Numbered from the whole stretch's first letter, positions 49,545-62,214 are shown. The stretch is DNA of 62,214 nt, filler included, from Sphacelaria rigidula (GCA_964200075.2; 7 parts of 7 records of this genome joined end to end with filler, not necessarily neighbours in it); one strand, 5' to 3'. Numbers and translations are program-made. Notes: generated from the sequence alone by a model not told the origin.

Positions 49545-52500
49545 CAGGCTGGTTCACGCTTATCACCCAAAATTGTGTCATCAGCAGATGCCTTCCGCGA
49601 TACTTACCCAGGAGCCGCATATCTGGCCGCAATGAACAGACCAAAAGGGTGACATAGCCGGATTTTTTACGAAAGGCCGTAGCGGTGGCGCTATGGACGA
49701 AAATGTGTCTCGACCAATCAGCGCCCTTCGAATATTTTAAGAATAAGCAGGAATCTCCAAGACGGAGATGAAGCAAACAGTTCCGCCGCGTTTTCTGTTA
49801 GATTTGGCAGCGGGACAATCGCTCGTGCTGCACAGTAGAGGTGTATCGTGCTGCTGCGTGCCTGTACGCACCTGCACACACGGGCGTGGTACGCAGTCAG
49901 AGCCGAAACATGAGCGCACTACAAGCTATAGACGGCAATGTGCCCTGTCCAAAGCGCAAAGTGACATCTGTGGGGGCGGTGTAAGACAAAAAAACGAAGC
50001 GCTGGAAACTGAAGTGCACGTACTACGCGCGAACATACGGCGTCGGTGCAAGAAGAGACACCTCGTACAAGTACGAAACGCGGGAAGCTGCGCTCGCGGA
50101 CGCAGAGAACTGGACACACGGGCTGGAGAAGCCAAGGAGAATGAGCCTCTCTCCTGCAAATGGTGAGCGCACTGTTCTTGTGGACAACCTGCGGTGCAAT
50201 ACTGTACAGTACAGCAACAGCTGCAGCAGTCTGCACGAGTACGCACGCCACAGTAGATTGCGATCGCTGCCGTACGGTACACAGGGGACTATTTGCGCTG
50301 TAGAATCCGCAGAGAAGCGAGTGTGCAAGTACAGCTGGCGTTTTTTGCTCCACCTGTATTGTGCACAAGCTGCTGTCGACTGCTGCAGATACAGGATATG
50401 TGGGGCACAAGTGCTGCGCGGTGCAACGGACCGTCGATGACGGTGTATAACACCCCCATGATTCAAAAGTCTTGTTAGCCTCTCCATCGAGAGCGTCCGA
50501 ATACCACAAGACGCTTTGTTGGAAATATTCCCATAATATTATCTTATCTTCGCCCTTTACGACAGTGGCGCCGTCTTGGTAGTGGGGTAATGCACGTTGA
50601 AGGCAGTATAGTACAAGCACTGTACAGTACACGGAGGTCAACATATGCTGTACATTCTGCAAAGATGGAAAGGTACAAGTACAGCAACCATGTCCTTGAA
50701 CGCAGACTGCTGCACGCCCGCTGATTTTTTTCCCTCCAACTGCGCCGCGCGCACGGTGCTGTGGATGCAATCGAAACATAAGATGCGGCTTCCATCACAA
50801 GTACAACGGAAGAGAAGGAACTGTGGGTGACGGTACATATACCCAACGGGGTTCAAAGATGGATGAATCCGCCACCAAGAGCGCCCCTCCCCTACAGTAC
50901 AGTAACATGATATGTTTTGAAAAAGCTCTCCAAAAGACCTATTGAATGCCGCCCTTTTCGGCCGTGACCCTCTGTAGTACACCGGAAGAGAAGGAACTGC
51001 GGGTGACGGTACATATACCCAACGGGTTCAAAGATGGATGAATCCGCCACCAAGAGCGCCCCTCCCCTACAGTACAGTAGCATGATACGTTTTGGAAAAG
51101 CTCTCCAAAGGACCTGTTGAATGCCACCCTTTTCGGCCGTCATCCTCTGTAGTCGAGTAGTTGAGCGTGGAAAACCGAGCTACTTTACACCATCACGTGT
51201 GGTAGCTCGTGCGCCGTCGGACGTGTGATGTCAATACTTCGCGATGATCTGTGTCGTGCCTCCCACCGCCAGTGCGTAACAAACACGTGTTCCTTTCTGC
51301 TGTGATGCACGCGTTATGAACTGCACTGATTCGCGCACACTGCTCTCGTGTACCAAGACTGACGTGTAGTAGCCATTGCGTTTCTCAAGCAAGACGTGCG
51401 TTCCCTGCTGTACAAACGTGTGCTGAAGAGATGTTTGTGCACTCGGATCTGTCGTGCGTTTCACCGCATAATTATCACGTCCCAAGACAAATCACGAGAC
51501 TTCTCGTCCCTGTGCGGTGAAACTGAAAATAGCCCGTGCGAGGGCGCTGAGGGGACTACGCAAGCTTGCCAAAAGATGCAATGCGGCTACGCTGCAACAG
51601 GCTGCGACACGCCGGGCTCGCCCGAGGTGTACATCAGAGGAGAAAAAAGGCGGCCCCCGATCGAAGACATCGCTTTCGCAGGGGTTACATGGAGAGGCGG
51701 GTAGAACAGCTGGAGAAGGATGCTGAAGAGGAAGACGAAAAACCGGCGGCGATTCTTTGAACGATCAGCAGGGGGCTGGCGGTACAACTGTTGGAGCCTC
51801 AAGAACAGCCGCCATCTCTACCAAACGCAGCCGCACAGGAAGTCAACGTGTCGGACCCTCCCGAAACACTCGCCGCAAAGCTTGCGGCGGACGCATTGGA
51901 TCGCGCTTCCGCCTCCGCCGTTGAAGCAGATGCTGCCCGCAATAAAGCCGAGGAGGACAAAAGGGAAGCTTACGCTGCGGAGGCGACGTATCAGCTACTA
52001 GCAGCGGACACCGAACCGTGTTTCGCTATACCGCGCACTGATGATACCACCACCCACCCGAAGGTCGTGGCCGCAACAAAGGCGCGAGTGGAGTGGGAAC
52101 AAGCAGCCACCAGAGCCAAGATAACTGATGATGTCGCAAAGGTCGCTGAGAACGGAGGAGTCACACAACAGGACGCAGCCCGCGCCGCGGTTGCGAAATT
52201 TGAAAAGGAGTCCGGGAAAAAACTCAACATGTCGGGGGATGGAGACTGTGCCGCTCAAGTGAGGGCAGCTGCTGACGCCGCCCTCGCGGCACACGAGGCG
52301 AGGAAGACGGCCATCAACGACTGCTCAGCCCACCAGATCAGCCGTGTGGGCGAACAGGCCTGCACTACGATGAAGGTGCGGGAGGCCCTAGCACGGCGAC
52401 ACAGAGATGAGGCGGACGTTGCGAAGAGGGCGTTGGCTGCTGCCGACTTGTTGGGGGACGCCGGGTGCAACAAAGCAAGAGAGGTAGGGCTGGAGGAAAT

Positions 52501-53314
52501 GAAGAGGGTGCGGGAAACGTATTCCATGCCGGCGATCGCTTCTGATGCAGCACGCCGCCATGATTCATCACTGCCGAGATGGTGCTCGCTTGGTACAACC
52601 GGTTCAACAAACTGGGGTACTTCAAATGAGATGAGAGAGGCACAGCGCGCAAGGAACGGATCCTCACCGAGGACGACCTCTTGCACACGTTGCTGATGCA
52701 CTTGAAAACAGAAAAGCGCTTGACCGTATCGAAGGTCGTCGACTACGTGAACACGAAGCTTCTCACTAAAACGCACACCAATATGGACGCTGCAAAAGAT
52801 GAAGGACGTGTACGGCATAGTAACGTCCGTTTCGCGGGGCTTGGTGCACTCGTGGATGAAGCGTGCGGATTGCGTGTATGACCGCGCGACTCAGACTTAC
52901 TACACCGACGGCCACAACAAACGCGACGTTGTAGCTGACCGGTTGGTGTATCTGGCAGAGCTACGGCGGCTTTCCTTGCCGCAGCCGGTGTGGGTGCAGA
53001 TGTCCCTCGCCGATATGCCGTATGACGCTGTCAAGTCCATCGAGAATGACGGCCTGCCCTGCGAGGTATACAAGTACAAGCGCGAGGGCCAGGATTTCAT
53101 CGAACTTCACGTGGATCGGCTTGGACGGAAGGCTGAGGGGGGCGGGAAGAAAACGTCGGCTGTCGACAGTGCGTTCAATATTGTGCGTGCAAAATCGGAG
53201 ACCGGCGGGAACTTGAGCGTACGTTTTAGAGCGGAAGCGGAAAGTCCGTGTCGTGCGCACCACAAGGGCGTATGCAAGTGCCATTTGCCCGCGTGGCATA
53301 TGGGGCAGGATGAG
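49545..53314 (+). mobile_element. Degenerate IS630-Tc1-mariner-type DNA transposon: left TIR and disrupted transposase
   Basis: TA-CAGGCTGGTTC terminus at 49543-49555. The region 51560-53314 encodes, across stops and frameshifts, an Ala-rich N-terminal part then WYNRFNKLGYFK*DERG...EDDL...LTVSKVVDYVNTKLL...VHSWMKRADCVY...YYTDGHNKRDVVADR...HMGQDE. This matches the DGHERxDVVxYR...xDE transposase family. The first catalytic Asp is at the contig end. That TIR and ORF belong to one element is inferred. Confidence 0.75.
50801..51152. repeat. Tandem duplication, about 176-bp unit, 2 copies
   Basis: GGAAGAGAAGGAACTG.GGGTGACGGTACATATACCCAACGGG...CCCTTTTCGGCCGT...CTCTGTAG occurs twice. Confidence 0.9.
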
Positions 53315-53479
53315 NNNNNNNNNNNNNNNNNNNNNNNNNNNNNNNNNNNNNNNNNNNNTTAATTAATTAANNNNNNNNNNNNNNNNNNNNNNNNNNNNNN
53401 NNNNNNNNNNNNNNAGAGGCGTGTAGCAGTCCGAAATCAGCTATAACGCCCAAATCAGTCGCGTCGAGCAGCACGAAAC

Positions 53480-56400
53480 CAGCTTTAAGGGCAGTTATGA
53501 TCGTCGCCTCCGTGCACGGTTTTGGCCGTTTTTTTGGGGGGGCTATCTCGGCAGCAGTCGGAAGTCGGTCGTTTTCCATGCTCATGGCGAATCCCACGAA
53601 GTGTAGTCTCCGCTTGCGCACGGTGGCCTTGATTGTCTTGGTGGAGTCGGTTTTGAGAAGGACCTGGGCGTAGGACGGGGGCGGTCCGCGCGCATCCTCT
53701 TGTTCCACTCTATGCAGCGCTTGAGAAACTGGCGATGGGCCCCGTTGAGCTTGGTGCAGTGCTTCGACCTCAGATTTCAATTCGTGCACCCGTGCAGGAG
53801 CGTCTTCAATTCGCCTTGGAGCAGGCGTACTTTGAGCCGGAGGGGGAACTCCGGACGATTATACGTTAGTTGGCCATTACGCCTGTAGCATCTCCATGCG
53901 TGAGATAGACGATTTGCCATCTCCTGGTCCACCTTTTGCGAAAGTTCCCCCGAAGGTCTCCAAACTTGCTGGTTTTCTTGCATACCTGGCCGCCGGCGTT
54001 GGCCCTGAATGGGCAATCCTCCCCCCCTTTCCGCAACAAGCACATGATCCCCGTTTTCGTTTCCGACACTATCCGTCCGAATAAAGAGGACATGCGCGCG
54101 GTGGTCGACATATTCTTCTGGAGAATCTCTGGCGATCGCGAAACGATATCCGCGTCGTCGGCATATAGCATGCCCCACAGCAGCTCCAAAGTTTCCGCCG
54201 TAGTGGCTTCCTCCTTTCCCTTGCCTCTCTCTCGATCTTCGCCATGTCCGCCGTCACCTCGTCGTCTTTCATGGACTCTGTCCTGGCATCATTACGTTTT
54301 GCGCGAAGAAAATATTAAATAGCAGCGGTGCTAGGTTGCACCCCTGTTGGAGCCCCTGGCCCGCGTCGAACCGGTGGGAGCACGTCTCATTGCCCACCCA
54401 CACACGCACCCCTACACCGTTGTGAAAGTGGCGGATAATCACCAGAATCTTGGGGGGCACGCCGAATCGCTTGAATACTGTACGCAACAGCTCTCGGTCG
54501 ACGGAGTAGTATACCGTGGCGAGATCGACGAAGCATGCGGATGGACGAAATCCGCTTTTTTCCTCCGGGAAAATACCCTAGCGCTCGGAGAACTTGCTCA
54601 AACGTGTGGTGACGAGCTGAGTAGCGCGCTTCCCTAGCGTGTGCAATGAGGAAAATGCCTCGGTTGTTGCCATACTTTTTCTCGTCCGTCTTGTTTGGCA
54701 GCACTTGAATAGTGACGACATTTCGCCGCTGTGGCACCTCTCCTATCTGCCACATAGTGACGATGATGTCGTGAACTCGCCAGAGGAGCTCTTGTTATCC
54801 GTCGAGGAATAGTTTGGTGTGCTTCACTGAAAGGTCGTCCGGATCCGATGTTTTCTTCTTGATCGTTCCCCGTATCGCTTTCTCGACCTCGAAGTTGAAC
54901 GGTGTATCGTTGAGGGGCACACACTTGGGCCATTGCTTGACCTGCTCGGGAATTTGCGGGATGAAGGTTCGCGACGTAGTGTTGAGGAGTTTGCCGAACC
55001 ACCTGAACCACTGCTAGGAGATGAGCACGGGGTCTCGCAGAAGCTTGCCGTCCTCGTCCTCGATGATCTGCGAGGCGAAGGGCCGTTTTTCTTCCACGTC
55101 CAGCCCCTTTATGCGGCGACAAAAGCCGGAAATGTCTCCTGCAGGGCTTCCCTTTTCGAGCTGCGTCGCATACTTCGCGAAGAACTCATGCACGGCCTTG
55201 TCCATCTGTCGGTTGAATTCTTTCGCCGCTGTCTTCAATTAATTCCCTTAGGAGAGCGGTGTCAGTTGGGCTACCGAGATGTTGTCGCCGGGCCGCTTCC
55301 CACTTCCTCATTGCCTCGTGAAATCTTGCGCTTCTCTCACTCGCTCGCATACCAGTCCTTCGGTCCCTGTCCGCACTTAGTCCGGGGGGGAGGTCTCCGC
55401 GGCTGCGGGCAACACGGTAGTTGTGGGCGCCGCGGTCATGTCACCAACGGTCGACGCAGGCATGGTGGTGGTGGAGGGGGGGTGAAGGATACTGTGACGA
55501 AATTCACTTCGGAGGGTGTCCTTCGCCTCCAGCCGTTCAAGGTCGATGGTGGCGCGTCCACCGCTATTATCGCTGCCTCTCTCGCGTCGGTTGGGAGCGA
55601 CTATGTCACAAATTCGAACGGCAGCGTACACGAGGTTTGGGTCTGATTATTTGAAGTCAACGCGGCGTGCTGAAACATTGTGCACAAGTCTCAGGTTCGC
55701 TGACCGAACGACTATGTTGTCAAGGCGATGTTGTTCATTCCCGCTATTGACTTATCGGGGCGCGTGTGAGGCTCCGCCCTTGGGTTTGCTGAAGAATGTC
55801 TTGACGACGGAAAGTTTGTTGTCCCTAGGGAAACCCAGCAGTCGTTCCCCGTTGTCATTCTTCGGATCACGCCCATACGCACCGAGCACCTTGGTATCAT
55901 TGTACCCATCTCCTCTCCTACCAGCCCGGGCACTGGTATTCATCATGACCACAAGGTGGTCATCGCGATGCACTTCCCGAATCACGGCATCTCCTGCTCT
56001 CCAGAACTGGTCTTGAGCAGTGCGCATCCGGGCTTGAAACGTATCCCGTTCGATTTACCGAGCTGCAGTCGTACAACACCTCAATCAGTCTCGGGCTGAT
56101 GCATTACATCACCCTATCTCCCCCCTTCAATCCGTCCCACGCAGCCTGCCGAATCGTAAGCGCCACCCCATAAAATGATCTATCATCTTTTGTGATAGCA
56201 CGCGCTCCGTTCCATATCACCACATACCATGTACCCCATATGGGTGATTGCACCTTGCCCTCACGTCCGGTCTCTTGGAGTCCGATGATGTCACAGTCGG
56301 TTCCGCAGCATATATGGACGACTGTGTAGCGTTATGACCAATAGGGTTCTTGCCTCTGTAAGCAAGTGTGCGTACCTCGAAGGCATCCACATTCAGCTCG

Positions 56401-56480
56401 CCGGCGCCTGCCTTTGCCCGAATGCTCGCTCGTCTCGTGTATGCCTTGTGGTAGCAGCGCAGACCGGCGGTCGACATGAT
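53480..56480 (-). mobile_element. Degenerate RTE-clade LINE (APE endonuclease plus reverse transcriptase pseudogene)
   Basis: APE remnants (VRTLAY, IIGLQET, NDNGERLL, TFFSKP). RT remnants ([37 protein letters not shown]). RTE C-terminus TVRKRRLHFVG...DRLP. Many frameshifts. Confidence 0.93.
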
Positions 56481-57526
56481 CTCAATTTCCTCCTAAAGCT
56501 CACGCTCTTCGAAGTCCTTCATTCGACAAGAATTCCAAGCCGTGGATGATCACCCTAGCAAAACATTGAAAACGTAAAGACCTTGGGCACGAAATGTTTG
56601 ATCTTTTAGTAAATAGAAAGGAATGGTGACAAATTTATTTATTTTTTGGAATCGAAACCCTACAGGGAACAAGCGCAAGAGCGCACGAAATAGAAAATGC
56701 GATTACAAAAATCAACGCGTGAAAACAACATGCCCCATCACACTATCCCTCCCACCCCCCCTTTCCCCATCTGTCAGTTGCTTGTCTGTTTCTCTTCCGC
56801 CTTATAGTGCGAAAGCAGTGCGCTCTCTTCCTCACATCAGCCGCAAGAGCAGCAGTAGAACTGATCCCAACAGTACATGGAACATGACCCGGTGCACTGG
56901 GGGCATGTAATTTCGATTTTGTGTGTGAAAACCTTCGTAAGGGGACAGCTAGCTGTAACCGCTAATTTAGTTTTCTCCAGTGCAAGAACCTTCACTTCAG
57001 CGTCACCTCGAAAATATAGTTCTAGAGCTGGCTGACGGGCACGTGGGCACTCAACTTGTCTGATTTGAGAGGCGATCGAGGACTGTAGTGTTGCAGTCGA
57101 GCACTGCTCCTGCAGTAGTGCAGCTTGTTCTCGCAACAGAATCACAAACTGGACTGCATCATCCTGTACTGTTAAGGTTTGCGACAGGCGGACGATTACA
57201 GTACCAGTAGACAGTACGGATAGTTCTGCCAACCGCAACAGCAGTAGCGGCAACAGCAGCAGCAGCAGCAGCATAGCACGACAGCAATAATCAACGCAAC
57301 GGTAGCAAGCAGCAGCAGGTAGCAGCAGCAGCTGGAGCACGGGAGCAGGCATCGACATATTCGTTCGAGGGCAGCAAAATACCGTCGACACCAAGAGAAA
57401 GACGCACGGCAATAGTCTGCCGACAGTGCAAAGTGTTGCAACACCACGAGCACCACCAGTCCACGAGCGTGAGCACATCTAGTACCATTTTACCACGCGT
57501 GCAACAAGGTAACACGAACATCAGCA

Positions 57527-60500
57527 ATGATCAAGACGCGAGCGGGAAATGTCAACTCCAGCGCGCGCCGTTTGGCTGCCGCAGTCGAAGCCGGAAACTG
57601 CGACACAGCCATACAAGCTCTAACAGCAGGCGCAGACCCAAACGACATATCAAGCTACGAATACGAAGGCGAGTTGCCTCTGTAATCGGTGTAGTGGCAT
57701 AAAGCAGCGGCGGGCGTCGGCCGCAAGGTTCACTTCGCTCGCATCGATCACACGCTAACAGCAACCCATATCTGTGCGACTTTGCACGCGCACCCCCCGT
57801 CGTTGGTACTAAAACTGTTCCGAAATAACTACAACTCACCAGCCTTCGTCGCAGAACCACCGAATAAGGATATCGGGTTGGGGGAAATTTGGAAAGAATT
57901 TTACTATAGCAGGTTCCATCGAAGCGTCAAGCGAAAGAATATTTCCGCTTCTTCACTCCTTTCGTATTTCTTCTACAGTACTGTATGTTTTTGTTCGTGC
58001 CCACTCCCTTTTCTATTTTGGTGTATACTGTTCACTACTACCCCCTGCGATGTCGGCGGCCATTAGGGCTGAGATCTGCAAGCGACGCCGTGAATCAGAG
58101 CGTCTCTCGATTGCAATATACAAAATCGCTTGGTTTGATTTTTTTCTTTTACACCTGTCATGCCCCGTAGCCCCACGATTCACTGGAAATACGTCAGGCT
58201 GCTTCGGCGATTTCAAGTCAGAAGAGGACCCGAGAAGGAGTTTCAAAACACATTCTTGAACGCCACTTCAACTCTGTACTGGTTAGCACGGGATTTTCAA
58301 ATTGCGGGTGGAGCCTTCTTCAAGATAGGATATTATTATGTTGACTTCGAAACCGAGGAAGGAAATTGAAATAACGTTCAGCTCCAAAACAGTTTTCCCC
58401 CTGACGCAAAGTCTTGGCAAATTACTTTCATATGGACGACCCCGCCACGCCGCCCGATCTCCCTGAAACTCGTTTTCGGGGTTTCCGGTCTCCGGTTCCC
58501 CCAAAGGGTATGTGCGGAAGCAGCCGTTTCACCACGATATCCGGGTAAAAAAGGGACCATTCTAGTCTGAAAATGGTGCTTTCGGTGGGGTACTTTGTGA
58601 AACGTCCCGTCGGCTTTTCCCTTTGTTGATCGAAAAAACGGACAAAACGACAATTTCATGTCGAAAGTGGAACGTTTGAGTGTTTTGGTATTTACCACAT
58701 CCCATGTCAATGTGTCACAACACGCTGCAGCGCCTAGCACCGCCGTGATAACCCTGGAGAACAGCAAGATCATATACGTAGTGTAGTAATTATTATGTGT
58801 GCAGTACGGAGCTGCGCGGGGGTCAAACAAGCAGCAGTACTGATTTTGGGGCGGTGACCATTTTCCGATGAAGAATAATAGGAACGTACATCGCGATGGA
58901 AACATTTATGTATAATAGTATTCAAGTTCCCAACTTAGACAGGGGGTTTTACAATTTTTCGAAGTCGGCGACTTTCAAGAGGTTTTTTCGCGTGCCATCG
59001 CTCGTCCCAGTGAACTTTGATCTCGAAGTTTGGGGACCGGGATATTCTAGCCGGCAGCCCCGCATTCCGTAACAAAAAAAAACTGCACTCAATATCCAAC
59101 GACTTATGGGCTGACCTGTCCTCGGGGGTCCTGCGAACACCCAACCAACAGTCGATCATCTAAATTGAGGATGGAGCTTCTCATCGAGGATGATATTGAA
59201 ATCTTCGTATCCACAACAGCTCTTCGAAATATGGTTGCAGTCCTTCACCTACTGATAGCTATTGACAAGTGCTACACACGAAACACATTTGAGTTCCACT
59301 GACCGATTTTTTGGGGTCCTAGGAGAAAAAAATCTTGCGAATTTAGGTGATCCGTTTCGATACATTTCCCCAAAAAGTTTTTTTCACCTGTGACCCCAGA
59401 AATTGATCACCTGAAATAGCAAGATTTTTCTTCACCCAGGACCCCAAAAAATTGGTTAAGAACCAAGGTATGTTTGTCGTGTAGTAGTTGTCAATAGCTA
59501 TCAGTTGGTAAAGGACTGAACCATGTCACGGAGAATTGTTGTGGATACGAAGATTTCAGTCTTGCGGGTAATCATCCTCAATGAAAAGCTCCATCCTCCA
59601 TTTTGATGATTGGCTGGTAACTCCAGGTTCTGACGCTTGGGGTATTTTTGCTCAATTGAAGCAATCTCGATCGTTCTCGGGAACAAAATGTAAATATAGT
59701 TTTTGAACTTTTACCTACTCATTGCAGTTGGAGCCGGAAAGCTGTGTTTTTTTACCAGTGAGAGTCGATAGTGTAATGCGTGAGAGGGCCACGTGCTTAG
59801 AGGACCGCATCGGAATTTGAACATCCCTATGGTTATGGTTAGGGTTAGGGTTAGGGTTAGGGTTAGGGTTAGGGTTAGGGTCAGTGGAGTGGTACTTGCA
59901 GGGACTGGTCCGATTGGTTTTGAAAAACACCGATCCTGAGGTGTTTTGAACTACGGCGCGGTCCTGTAAGCACGCGGTCCTCTCACGCATTACAGATAGC
60001 AACCCCTGATAAAGGTGGTCCTTACTCCGTATCACTCCGACAACACCAACTTGAGGATTGTGTTCTAAACACCAGCTGCTTTTCCCTCCAATATATATCT
60101 ATGCAAGGACTTTCGAGTTCTAAGGAAAGTTAGCATACGAGAAAATTAAAAAAAAGTACCCCGATCTGAAAATTGCCCAACCGAGCTCTGTATAGCACAG
60201 GGGGGGGAAACGAATTCCGATCGCACTCGTGAACAATTTCACAGACCACTATTTTTTGTTTTTATCCATTCGTTGCTCTAGAGCCGGCAAGGAATATGCT
60301 TTGGACAACAAACGGTCAATAACACCCCCTGTCAATCCAGCCAGTGAGTCTTTCGATAATGGGAGAAAACATGATTTTCGTTTTGGAATCTCGAGCGGAC
60401 GCCTACTATCTCCCGATCCCTAAACTTGGGGATCAGACGTCCACTGAGATGAGCGGTGGCACGAAACAAATGTATTGAAATCGCCGACTACGAAAATATT

Positions 60501-61039
60501 CCAAAACTCCCTGTAACTGGAAACTAATTTACCGTGGCATTTTCCGTGTCCTTAACTCTTCGTGAGGTGGTCGTGGAAAGTGTTCAGAATCGGGAAGAGA
60601 CGGAAATATGCCACTTTTCCCCCCAACATTTAGAACAGCCTTCACTACCCGGTATGAAGAGGTGACGACAAGTACCGAGATATCCGTTGGTTCGAAGGTC
60701 CTGTTTTGGTCTCAAGTTTGAGTCCACTCCCTCTTTGGGACGAGTTCACGGTCCCAAGGGATTGACTCCGACACCCTGGATCCGGTACTCACCTTGCACT
60801 GCATGAGTATCACCAAGCAATTTGACCAGCACTCTCACAGCCCGTTGATATGTTCTTTTTTTCCCTTTACCTCTACGTCGCTGATCGACTACTGTGCGCA
60901 CAGGGCTGACCACTCCGCCCTTAGTCCGCGCAGTGTTGAAAGGGCACGTCAATATTGTCAAGCTTCTGCTTCGGAACGACGCAGCAGTAGACGCAATCCA
61001 CCCGGCCTCAGGCGGCACGGCCCTGCACGAGGCAGCCAG
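57527..61039 (+). CDS. Ankyrin-repeat protein, partial multi-exon gene
   Basis: Exon 57527-57668 (M...LAAAVEAGNCDTAIQALTAGADPND), phase-compatible small exons 57843-57912, 58067-58132 and 58198-58281, and exon 60904-61039 (TPPLVRAVLKGHVNIVKLLLRNDAAVDAIHPASGGTALHEAAR, canonical ankyrin). The linking exons between 58281 and 60904 are unresolved. Confidence 0.72.
59145..59620. mobile_element. Foldback element, arms about 210 bp
   Basis: GAAATCTTCGTATCCACAACA...CTGATAGCTATTGACAA...TTTTTTGGGGTCCT mirrored by AGGACCCCAAAAAA...TTGTCAATAGCTATCAG...TGTTGTGGATACGAAGATTTC. Confidence 0.85.
59831..59880 (+). repeat. Interstitial telomeric repeat (TTAGGG)7
   Basis: GGTTATGG followed by (TTAGGG)7 in the middle of a contig. 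Confidence 0.9.
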
Positions 61040-62136
61040 GCGAGTCGTATAGCGATTAACGAAACAAGGAAGCGAAAACGCAGGATTCAAGATCAGCGGG
61101 ATATTACTTTTGGACAATGTTTTCCCCCAACGGGTCGGGTATTGCATGTCGTGCAAGCGCATTGAAGATTTACAATGTAGAGACTGCGCATATCATGCGT
61201 ATAGCTATACCATTATACTTGATTACGAACAGCCACGCTATTAACACAACGCTAACATTGAAGAGACAATGATGACATTAGTGCTACTGGCTACGTATCT
61301 CTCCACCAGCAGCTGTCGGTAGAAAGTAGTACGCAGCGGACCATCCAAGACGTACAACGCGCGGCCGATAGGATGGTGACGATACTCGGAAGTAAACTTG
61401 TGATACTGCACAAAGCCCGGTGTCAACGTTTTGCGTTATTTTCTGGTACTGTTTTGATAGAAGAGTCACGCGTTAGTCAACGTTTTGGCGTAAGTGTTAT
61501 ACACGCTCTTAATATAAAACGCAAGAAAAATACTGCAAGAAGCTGACGGCTGGATCGTGCAGGGTCGGACACACCTTCCGAACGCGTATATATATATATG
61601 AATGTGTATTATTCTATCATGGCTTCCTTCTCTCTTCAGTTTGCTTCGCTCCTTTGTTCCATCTTGTTACTTTGCCCCACTTTTCTTTTCCCTTTAACGA
61701 GTCGTTGCATTTTTCGTTTGGCTTGGGGACGTCTATCTTGTGAGCACACTCAATGTGCGACAATCAAATCCATCACTCCACTATATTGGCCTATCGTTGA
61801 TATGCTGAAATTTGCTGTGGTTACGTGTTTAGTTGAAGAGGACATCGCACTCTCTTAGTGGGTGTACGTCTCCTCAAAGGCCGTAAGGTGAGTCTCATAC
61901 ACACGCGAACAGAGTGATGCTACGATCCGAGGGGGAGCCGGGTGGGTATTTTGGGCTATTTCTTCCTCGAAATTCCACCTCAAATCGTCGTTATGCGCAG
62001 CAACGTTTGCCCGAGCGTGTTCGTTACCGATAATGCACACTCATTTACCCCACTTGACACCGTCTTCACTCAAACGCAAGCACACCGCGAGTGGTTGGGT
62101 CGTGACATACCTGTGACCCCTGTTTTTTGTGGCATC

Positions 62137-62169
<33 letters not shown>

Positions 62170-62214
62170 TCCCCCACAACCAAACCACCACATCAAAACA
62201 ACACCACCCCCCCC

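Noticed and set aside
49919..50779. 286-aa minus-strand ORF
   Set aside because: Cys/Val/Tyr-rich translation of low-complexity transposon subterminal sequence with no domain signal.

Overview
Eukaryotic, intron-rich and repeat-rich nuclear DNA, most likely from a brown alga (Phaeophyceae). That assignment is an inference from short exons in long introns, TTAGGG repeats and the style of the transposons. The window is not one locus. It is seven contigs of descending length (8803, 8803, 8803, 8802, 8802, 8801, 8800 bp) joined by identical 100-nt N/TTAATTAATTAA/N linkers, so no synteny can be read across linkers. Hand-splicing recovers these partial genes: UPF2 (3 exons), one ribophorin I exon, PIG-P (2 exons), a 2OG-Fe(II) oxygenase (6 exons), a Lys/Glu-rich protein resembling the N-terminal part of a DDX60/Ski2-like helicase (5-6 exons), an ankyrin-repeat gene with probable GC-AG introns, and an unidentified gene whose exon carries an in-frame TGA. 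The rest is mostly mobile DNA: a decayed RTE LINE, many LINE/SINE 3' ends that finish in poly(C) rather than poly(A), tRNA-derived SINEs, a decayed IS630-Tc1-mariner-type transposase with related TA-flanked MITEs, a piggyBac-type MITE and several long foldback palindromes. I found no convincing new multi-gene system. The best leads are the poly(C)-ended retroposons, the in-frame TGA exon, the GC-AG ankyrin gene and the tandem hairpins.
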